DNA from: Octopus vulgaris | Lineage: Eukaryota | Length of the DNA stretch: 64,000 nucleotides | Direction: 5' to 3' | NCBI GenBank assembly: GCA_951406725.2 | Contig: OX597820.1 | Location: 34,596,001 to 34,660,000 of the forward strand | Shown: piece by piece, positions 54,818 through 64,000 of the stretch | Numbering within the stretch: position 1 is the stretch's first letter | How the letters are laid out: every line of letters begins with the position of its first letter | The notes under the pieces: generated by a model | Seen by the model: the letters and a program-made list of their open reading frames with translations, nothing else | The model's database searches: none | What the model was told of the DNA's origin: nothing | Made by a program: the position numbers and the translations under genes

Positions 54818-55430
54818 GTATTGGGAGAGTGGGTCCTTCTTCGTTAATCGATAACGTTGCATTCAAAGAAGATGGGAACAGTCGTAGGGAAACCCCTAAT
54901 AGCGCTCTTTTAAATTGATGAAGTCGAGTGATAGGGATGAGGAGCCTTCTCTCAAAGAAAGACTAACGTGTTTCTGGAACTCTCTGATGCGCAATAGAAC
55001 AAATAAATGGGATAACGAAAAGAAGGATGTGATTTAAGAAAGATTTAACTGCTATTTTTACCTTATTGACAAAATGTATTGAAAGTACTTTGTTGCCTCT
55101 GATGAGAGTTGTTAAGAGTGACAAAGTGAAAAACGGTAGATAAATAGATGGATGAAACGGAGGACGCAAAGTGTAAAATGATATGATAGTGAATGGCTAA
55201 ATCGGTAGGTGTAAAAATAGATTATAATTTATTTTAGATAATCCATATGATGACGTCATTTGACAAACAGTTGTTAAACATTCTATAATGGCCGTCCTAC
55301 AACCGGTAACGGACATCTTACTTCCTAGTTCCTGGTGCAAATTTTCTGTGAGTTCACCTATCGCGCAGATATTACTCAACCTGGAAACACATGCACAGAT
55401 ATTTATGGGTTTGTGTATTTCTGTGTGTGT

Positions 55431-55519
<89 letters not shown>

Positions 55520-55757
55520 AGTGTGCATGTGTGTGTGTTTATGTGTATATATACACACACATGCACAAACACATATGGAGCACATATATATAGTAAACTT
55601 TATATGCCAACAGAATGTGACGCTCCTATAAAGGACGATGTTACTGCTGTTTTAGCCCCAGGTAAACATCTTTTCCAGCTGGCTATTGACACACAGTCTG
55701 TGTCTGTATACCATTTGCAAAGAAGGTCATCGCTCCCATCTCTAGCCTTACGTGATA

Positions 55758-55802
55758 CTCACAGACCTAGGTTCCTGGGTGGTTACCCATCCTCAGTGTG
55801 AG
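55758..55802 (-). ncRNA. Type I hammerhead ribozyme motif (one core change)
   Basis: ctcaca CTGAGGA tgggt-aacc-accca GGAA CCTAGG TC tgtgag: 6-bp stem I, 5-bp stem II, palindromic stem III ACCTAGGT, GUC site; A13G. Confidence 0.75.
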
Positions 55803-56158
55803 ACAACCACAGGTTAATGACGTAAGCTCTTTCCACTCACAAGTACATTATATTCTGTAAGCGACACACAGTCACTGATCTCGTATAGAGATAAACAACT
55901 TGTTTTAAATCTCAGAGCGAGAGATATACAGTAACACGACCGAAAGTAAAGATTATATGCCAACAGAATGTGACAGTTTTATAAAGGACGACACCCTTGC
56001 GAATGCTATAGGACTGCCACATTCTTTTGGCAAATAAACTTTACTATTCGTTACTGTATAAGTTGCTTTTCTCCATACGAGATCAGCGATTGTGTGTCGC
56101 TTAAAGAATATATAGTATTTGCGAGTGGAGAGAGATTTCATCATTAGCCTGTGGTTAT

Positions 56159-56203
56159 CTCACATTGAGGACGAGTAACCACCCACAAACCTAGGTCTGT
56201 GAG
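56159..56203 (+). ncRNA. Degenerate copy of the same type I hammerhead
   Basis: ctcaca TTGAGGA cgagt-aacc-accca CAAA CCTAGG TC tgtgag. Confidence 0.65.
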
Positions 56204-56431
56204 TATCACGTAAGGCTAGCGATGGGAGCGATGACCTCTCTTGCAAAAGCTATTGGACACAAACTGTGTGTCGATAGCCAACTGGAAAATATGTTTTCCT
56301 GGGGCTAAAACAACAGTCACATCGTCCCTTATAGGACCGCCACATTCTATTGGCATACAAAAATTACTATCCGGTACTGTTACTGTATATCTCTCGTTCA
56401 GAGATTTAAAACAAGCTGTTTCTCTCTCACT

Positions 56432-56491
<60 letters not shown>

Positions 56492-56692
56492 CATACATAC
56501 ATATATATATATATATGTACATATATACATATTGCATATATGTGTGTGTATAACGTATTCTTTTGTTCTTTTACTTGTTTCAGTCATTTGTCTGCGGCCA
56601 TACTGTTGCAACGCCTTGATATATATGTGTGTGTTCGTATGTTTTATATACATATACATATACATACATACATACATACATACATACATACA

Positions 56693-56732
<40 letters not shown>

Positions 56733-56817
56733 CACACACAATATATGTATACATTTATTGTGTATTTATAAGTATTTATATATGTTTATATGTTTACATA
56801 TACATACATACACACAC

Positions 56818-56861
<44 letters not shown>

Positions 56862-57278
56862 GTATGTATATGCATGTATACATTCATATATGTATATGTA
56901 TATACAGATGTATATATCAATATATATGTATATTAATATACATATGTATATATATTGATATATATATTCTATATATATACACGCATATATAAAATATATA
57001 TGCATACATAAATATATATATATATACATACACACACACATACACACACATTAATATATCTGTATATCTCGTATCTTTCTTTATATTGTATCTTAGATGT
57101 TGACACTTTCTGTTTATTATTTAACCGCGTAGTGTATGCCGTAGACCCAATTAATTCAAAATTTATATAAGCATTTTTTGAGATCTAAAGATGAAAACGC
57201 ATCGCTTTGGCTAATTATGATGTCCCTTTGGAGTACATATGGGATTCGTTACTGAGTGCATACAGAGACAAACACATT

Positions 57279-57318
<40 letters not shown>

Positions 57319-57372
57319 TAAGATAAGAAAGTTGGTTTGTGAAAGCACGTGGTTGAATATATAGAAAATAGT

Positions 57373-57794
<422 letters not shown>

Positions 57795-58606
57795 GCAATG
57801 TGAAGGAGCATGGCTTAGTGGTTAGGGTGTTGCACACACGATTGCTAGATCGTGAGTTCGATTCCCACACTGGGTGTTGCGTTATGTTCTTGAGCAAAGC
57901 ACTTCATTTCACGTTGCTCTGCGATCATTTCATCACGTAGCACACGGTGCACCTGTAGAAGTAAAGTTGATTTGATGGAGGGAGGCGGGAGTGAGCTTAT
58001 GTGTACACAAACTTTTGATTACTATAACAAATCATCTGTGTGGTTTTTCGGCAAGAAATTGTCGAACCTTCATACATCGTCTAACGACGGTAGAGACCAT
58101 GTTATATACACAATAGCTATAACGATAGAGAAAATGGCGGCTGATACATCCTGAAAATTTATTTCTCTTTATTTTACAATGTCATTGTCATTGTTGTTTT
58201 TCCTTCCCGAGCCATGCCTGGTTCACAAGGGCCGGTTCTCTCGGTTTCATTGGCGTATAGGTTCTCCACCTGGACGGGACGCCGGTCCGTCTCAGGTGAG
58301 CTGCTAGATGCAGGAGTAAAGAATGAGAGAAAGTTGTGGCGAAAGAGTCAGCAGAAGTTCGCCATTACCTTCTGCTGGAACCGCGTGGAGCTTAGGTGTT
58401 TCGCTCATAAACACATACACCGCCCGGTCTGAAATTCGAACCCGCAATCCCTCGACTGCCTGTTCGCTGCTCTAACCACTAGGTCATGTGCCTCCTCTTT
58501 ACAATGTCATAAAAGGAGGAAATAAATTTTGAGGATGTACCAGTCTCCAAATTCTCTATCGTTATGATTATACACGCACTACACACACACACACACACAC
58601 ACACAG

Positions 58607-58665
<59 letters not shown>

Positions 58666-59032
58666 CAGACATAGCTGACCGAAACTTCGAAGGCTTAGCT
58701 GATCGAAACTTCGAAGTCACTATCAATAGTATTCTCGTTAGAGAAAAATAAAATTTGTACCGTACAAAGTAACCCTCAAGATTAATGTAAAATTTGTTTT
58801 TATTATAAATGAACATAAAAAGCAAACAATCTTTTATGCTTTACTTGTATCCGTCATTAGACTGCGGCCATGTTACGGGCTTCCTTCAGTTTCCGTCTAC
58901 CAAATTCACTCACAAGGCTTTGATCAACCCGGGGCTGTAGTAGAAAACACTTGCTCAAGGTATCACGGGACTGAAGCTGATTCCATGCGCCTGTGTGTGT
59001 GTTAGTGTATACGCATATCCATAAAGAACGGA

Positions 59033-59091
<59 letters not shown>

Positions 59092-59347
59092 TGTATGTAT
59101 ATACATATATGTATGTATATACATATATATATATATGTATATATATATATGTATATATATATTTATGTATATATATATGTATATACATATATAAATATAT
59201 ATATGTATATACATATATGTATGTATATACATATATATACATATATATATATGTATATATATATATGTATATATATATATGTATATATATATATGTATAT
59301 ATATATATATGTATATATATAAGTATATATATACATATGTATATATG

Positions 59348-59394
<47 letters not shown>

Positions 59395-59412
59395 TTTCAA
59401 ATAATGTAAGAC

Positions 59413-59464
<52 letters not shown>

Positions 59465-60324
59465 GAGAGGGAAGGGGTTGAAAGCGAAGAGACAGAGAGA
59501 TGGAGGGAGAGGAGATTAAGATATAATTACACCGAAATGTTAACAAGCAAAAGCGGGATCGAGTCCCAGTGGATTCTCATTTTTTATTCTCTCTCATTGG
59601 GAATATTTTATGTATTAAGCACGCCTCATTGTTTTCTGAAATGTAAACAACATTTATGCAACTACCTACCGACGCATACATACATACATACATACATACA
59701 TACATACATACATACATACAAACACGCACATACACACATACATAAATGTATGTATGGAAGTATACAATCAATTAGTTCTCCGTACGTTAGAAGGAAAGCG
59801 TAACAAAATGGTTGTTTTATATATAAATATATCTCCACACGATTTAAATGCATAACAAGTCTCTGATATTCAAGTGTTAGAAGAAGGGTCCCCAAGTGTC
59901 ACGACCAGAATGAGGTCCGGGTCCCTTAGTGCAAGAAGTTAAGGGCCGAAACACTTGCCTGGAAGGGAATTTCCTCTCTGAAGACCTATTTAGTTAGCTC
60001 TCTCTTTCTCTCTTTCTCTAGTTTCTTACCATTATATTTTTATATACTACTTTCATATATTTTTATATACTACTTTCATATATATTTTTATATACTATTT
60101 TTATATACTATATGAAAATTAAATACATACACACACTGACGCACGCTCAACCACATACACGCGCGTGCATATATAAACTTTCAGAGAAAATTCAAAATTT
60201 TTATTTAGCGCTTCTTTTAATTTTATTTTTCTAAAATTTCTATTTATTAACTGAAAGTAAAATAAGTAAATGAATAAAAAATATACAAATAAATAAATAG
60301 ATCCTCAGATATTTTCGGTTGTTC

Positions 60325-60725
60325 TCTCTTTTACTCTTTTAATCATTTCAGTCATTTGACTGCTGTAGCACCGCCTTTAGTCGAGTAAATCGACACCGGG
60401 ACTTATTGTTTGGAAGCCTAGTACTTATTCTATCGGTATCTTTGCCGAACCGCTAAGTTATGGGGACGTGAACACACCAGCATTGGTTGTCAAGCGATGT
60501 TGTGGGGGTGGGGGGAAGACACAGACACACAAACATATTCACAGATACATATATATACATATATACGACGAGCTTCTTTCAGTTTCCGTCAACCAAATCC
60601 ACTCACAAGGCTTTGGTCGGCCCGAGGCTATAGTAGAAGACACTTGCCCAAGGTGCCACGCAGTGGGACTGAACCCGGAACCATGTGGTTGGGAAGCAAG
60701 CTACTTACCACACAGCCGCTCCTGC
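60325..60725 (-). mobile_element. SINE family D, full length
   Basis: Reverse-complement homolog of 3807-4233; partial copies also at ~9410, 18243, 23505, 32500, 42020, 43333, 44808, 54525, 58840, 63815. Confidence 0.88.
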
Positions 60726-61475
60726 GAACTATTAAATCTCATTAATTCACTGTCCTCTAAATATTTTCTTGAAAGCTAAGGTGCGTGACCTAGTGGTTAG
60801 TGTGTTGCACTCAAAATTGCAAGATCGTTGTTTCAGTTCTCGGACCAGGTGATGCATTATGTTCTTGATCAAAACACTGCATTTTACATTGCTCCATATA
60901 ATCGGCTGTAAATGAGTAACTAACCCTGCGACGAACTGGCGTCCCGTTCAAGAGGAATGTTGTGATCGCAGTCACATATACGCATTGAAAACCGGGTAAC
61001 CATCCTCATAACTCTTAGGACTCGAGACGATAATATTTCTATGTATTACATTTTAAAAACCCGTTTAATTTCTTTCTTTAAAGCAGCTTGAAATCAATAA
61101 GAATCATTTAAAAGGCTCCACTTAACTGTTTTAAAGTTATTTAATGCTTGTATCACATAAAGTCTGTCATGTTCTCCGGTGTTGATTTGACTGAAGACTG
61201 TTACAATTGTTATAAAAGTCCAGCTATCGGCGTTTAACCGTTGCCTTTTCGATTTGTGGATGCTTTTAACGTATGGGGAGGTGGACATATATACACACAC
61301 GCTCACAAACACACACAGGTTTTATAAATGCAAATCGACATGCTTTTGAATAGTTTAGGCGAAACATTCTGTAATATTAGATTAGGTTAAAACCTAGGGT
61401 AAAAGGCCCAAGCAATGCTTAATAAATGAAACATAGAAGTGAAAACAGAACAGTTAATTTTTCACTTTGCATTTC

Positions 61476-61512
61476 TTCAATATTTCGGGGTTAGAAGCTC
61501 TTCATCAGGACA
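61476..61512 (-). ncRNA. Degenerate minimal hammerhead-like motif (Penelope pLTR type)
   Basis: tc CTGATGA a gag-cttctaac-ccc GAAA TA TT ga; core boxes intact, stem II weak. Confidence 0.45.
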
Positions 61513-61656
61513 CGGTGAGAAAAAGGAGACAGTATACAACTGTTATCTTGCTTCAGATATGTGGGAGAGGGTAGGAACTTGCGTAAACTTCTGTTGTTAT
61601 GGTAACCGTCCTACCTTGTATAGTTCTTGTCCGTTATTTAGAGAAGGTTTAAACTT

Positions 61657-61895
61657 AAGGGTGGTGAGTTGGCAAAAACGTTAGCACGCCGGGTGAAATG
61701 CTTAGCGGTATTTCGTCTGCCGTTACGTTCTGAGTTCAAATTCCGCCGAGGTCGACTTTGCCTTTCATCCTTTCGGGATCGATAAATTAAGTACCAGTTA
61801 TGCACCGGAGTCAAGTAATCGACTTAATCTCTTTGTCTGTCTTTGTTTGTCCTCTCTATGTTTAGCCCCTTGTGGGAAATAAAGAAATAAGAAAT
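61657..61895 (+). mobile_element. SINE family A copy with target-site duplication
   Basis: Family A sequence flanked on both sides by the direct repeat aaggtttaaactt. Confidence 0.88.
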
Positions 61896-62376
61896 AAGGT
61901 TTAAACTTTTAAATTAGTATAGCTTCCATGCTATCATCTTGATAAACATAACGATGATGATTGTTATCACCCGTCTCCTTGATGTTTTTACAGCATTTTC
62001 AATGATATGCGTTGCTTTTATAGTGTTAGTTTAAAGGTTGTATGAAGTGACACTGAGGACTTCTGGCTACGCTGCGCTCAAGTCCTCGGCAGGTACTATC
62101 GCATTTCAATCGAGCACTTGTATAAATGTTAAACAACGATGGAATCAGTACACTACACTGAGGTAGATAATTTCGTTATTTTCTCGTGCGGTACTTCTTT
62201 TTTATTCAACATCAGTAAGAAACATTAATTTCTTATCATAACATCGTTGAACCATATGAAACGGCTTTTTTTAACCTTTTAGTCTGGAGAGAAGCCATTA
62301 TCCATGATCCTTTGTTTGGCCTCCAAGACTTGTAAGGGTGAAGGTAAAAAGAAGAAAAATGTCCTGAAACAAGACA

Positions 62377-62500
62377 TTGCACGAACTGCTGGCACCTAAT
62401 GTACCAGGCGATGTTGTTAAACTAGGCAACAAAATTGTTTATCATCCAAGTAGGACATTGAGAGGGATTTTCACTCGAAGTAAATACCACAAGTTATCTG
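62377..62500 (+). mobile_element. Possible Penelope-like linker fragment
   Basis: PNVPG...KLGNKIVYHPSRTLRGIFTRSK resembles the PLE RT-EN linker (PY..G...I.V.F.P..TL...L...K). Confidence 0.35.
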
Positions 62501-63314
62501 ATCGGCAGCCCTGCTTTGATACTTTTTTAAGAATCTACCCACAAAAAGATAAAAGCAAATTTGTCCTTGACAAGATTTGAATTCAGTATGCAAAAGTTCG
62601 GTACAAATGCCACAAGGTATCCTATCCACTGCTCTAGTTTCACACATTTTTACCGACCCTCGAAAGGATAAAAAGCGAAGCTGAACTTGGTGGAATTTGA
62701 ACTCAGAGCGCTGAGACGGAACAATTACTACCCAGGGATCCGCCCCACAGCCCTAATTTTATATTTTTTCCCCGACTCTTGAAAGGATGAAGAGCAGAAT
62801 TGATTGTGGATGTATTTGAACTCGGAGTGTAGAGAGTCGTAACAAACTATTGCGAGGTATTCTATCCAACGCCCCTAACGTCTCTGCCAATTCGCCACCT
62901 TAAATATATATGATTACTGTAAAGAGTTTCACCGCATCGTAGGCTGCAATGCGATCAACAAAATCAATCCCTTTTTGTTCAAATCCGTCCTCTACATATT
63001 GTATCTGATTTAAGTATAAAACCAGCAATTTTGAAGGAAATGGGATTACTCGATAACATCGATACCAGCACTTCACTGATACTCTATTTTTTTAATGAAT
63101 CTCGGAGGGACGAATGGCAAATTTGACTCCGGAACATAATGAGTGGGAAGAAATGACGCAAGATATTATTGTCAGACGCTCTAACGATTGGGAGAGCTTA
63201 CTTGCCTTTGTCTATCTTCTCTATATAATGAAAGGGATTAAACAGTTGGCTCGTAGTTGCTTTCCATTTTGTTCTTTAATAAATTAATGTTGCTTGCACA
63301 CTGTTTGGTCACAG

Positions 63315-63358
<44 letters not shown>

Positions 63359-64000
63359 CCATGTATACACACCACATAAAGAAGCACACATCAGCTGCTA
63401 CACACAACACATATTACACACGCACACACACACGTCAGTCACTCGCCCCTATTCACACACAGACACCATCCTCACACACACACAAACGCGCGCGCACCTT
63501 CTTTTGGTGGGGAAACTCGCACTTTATTATCTCCCTTTCATTCAACCTCTATTTTATTATCTCCCTTTGTTTCCACTTCTTTTTTTATTCCCCTTTCTTT
63601 CAACCTCTTTTTCTTCAATCATTCGCCATGCTGGATCACTGTCTTTCATTCTCTCTCTGTTTATTTTCTCTTATTCCCTTCTTTTGAAGGGCATAGGCTC
63701 GAAACATAAAAGACTTTTTCATTTTCCCGAGCGTCAAACTAATACACTTGCTTGTTGTTCATACACCTGTCTTCGTCTTTTGTGATATATATATATATAT
63801 ATATATATATAGATTCTTTTACTTCTCTTCTACTTGTTTCAGTCACTTGACTGCAGACATGCTGGAGCAAGTGTGTGTTTCTTTCCCATCACTGCCTTAC
63901 AACCGGTGTTGATGTGTTTACGTCCCTGTAAAAATACAAGGCTTTAAAGAAAAAAGCAATAGGATTCGATTGGTTTGACTAAAATCCTTCAGGGTGGTAC

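Larger units (their letters stand above)
55592..56428. mobile_element. Retrozyme-like ~350-bp monomer in partial tandem plus inverted arrangement
   Basis: Block 55592-55992 (period 353) and inverted block ~56007-56428, each slightly longer than one monomer and each with a type I hammerhead. Confidence 0.8.

Noticed and set aside
55322-55380. Candidate upstream GPCR exon on minus strand (LSNICAIGELTENLHQELG; ttccag / gtaaga; phase-1 end compatible with 43242)
   Set aside because: Splice signals and phase fit, but the peptide matches no recognisable domain; not supportable without RNA-seq.

Overview
AT-rich, microsatellite- and SINE-saturated animal genomic DNA. The repeat families and simple-repeat load point to an octopus (coleoid cephalopod) genome, which is an inference. 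The only host gene I can support is a minus-strand adhesion GPCR (latrophilin/BAI-like): four in-frame exons (43242-43132, 21019-20904, 17944-17735, 4433-4365) encode the hormone-receptor (HormR) motif and the start of the GAIN domain, and both gene ends lie outside or are undetected. Nearly all ORFs in the supplied track are microsatellite artefacts. The rest of the window holds several tRNA-derived SINE families, Tc1/mariner and hAT remnants/MITEs, RTE, R4/Dong, Gypsy and Penelope fragments. The most striking signal is a set of about ten type I hammerhead-ribozyme-like motifs (CUGANGA...GAAA, palindromic stem III, NUH) from several unrelated non-coding repeat families. They include (i) a tRNA-headed Pol III SINE with an intact minimal hammerhead and a 5' inverted duplication, (ii) ~350-bp and ~310-bp rod-like retrozyme-type monomers in partial tandem or inverted arrangement, and (iii) a near-perfect 310-bp palindrome. 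Together these suggest a diverse Penelope-dependent retrozyme/SINE system. All structures were folded by eye and no ribozyme activity is demonstrated.
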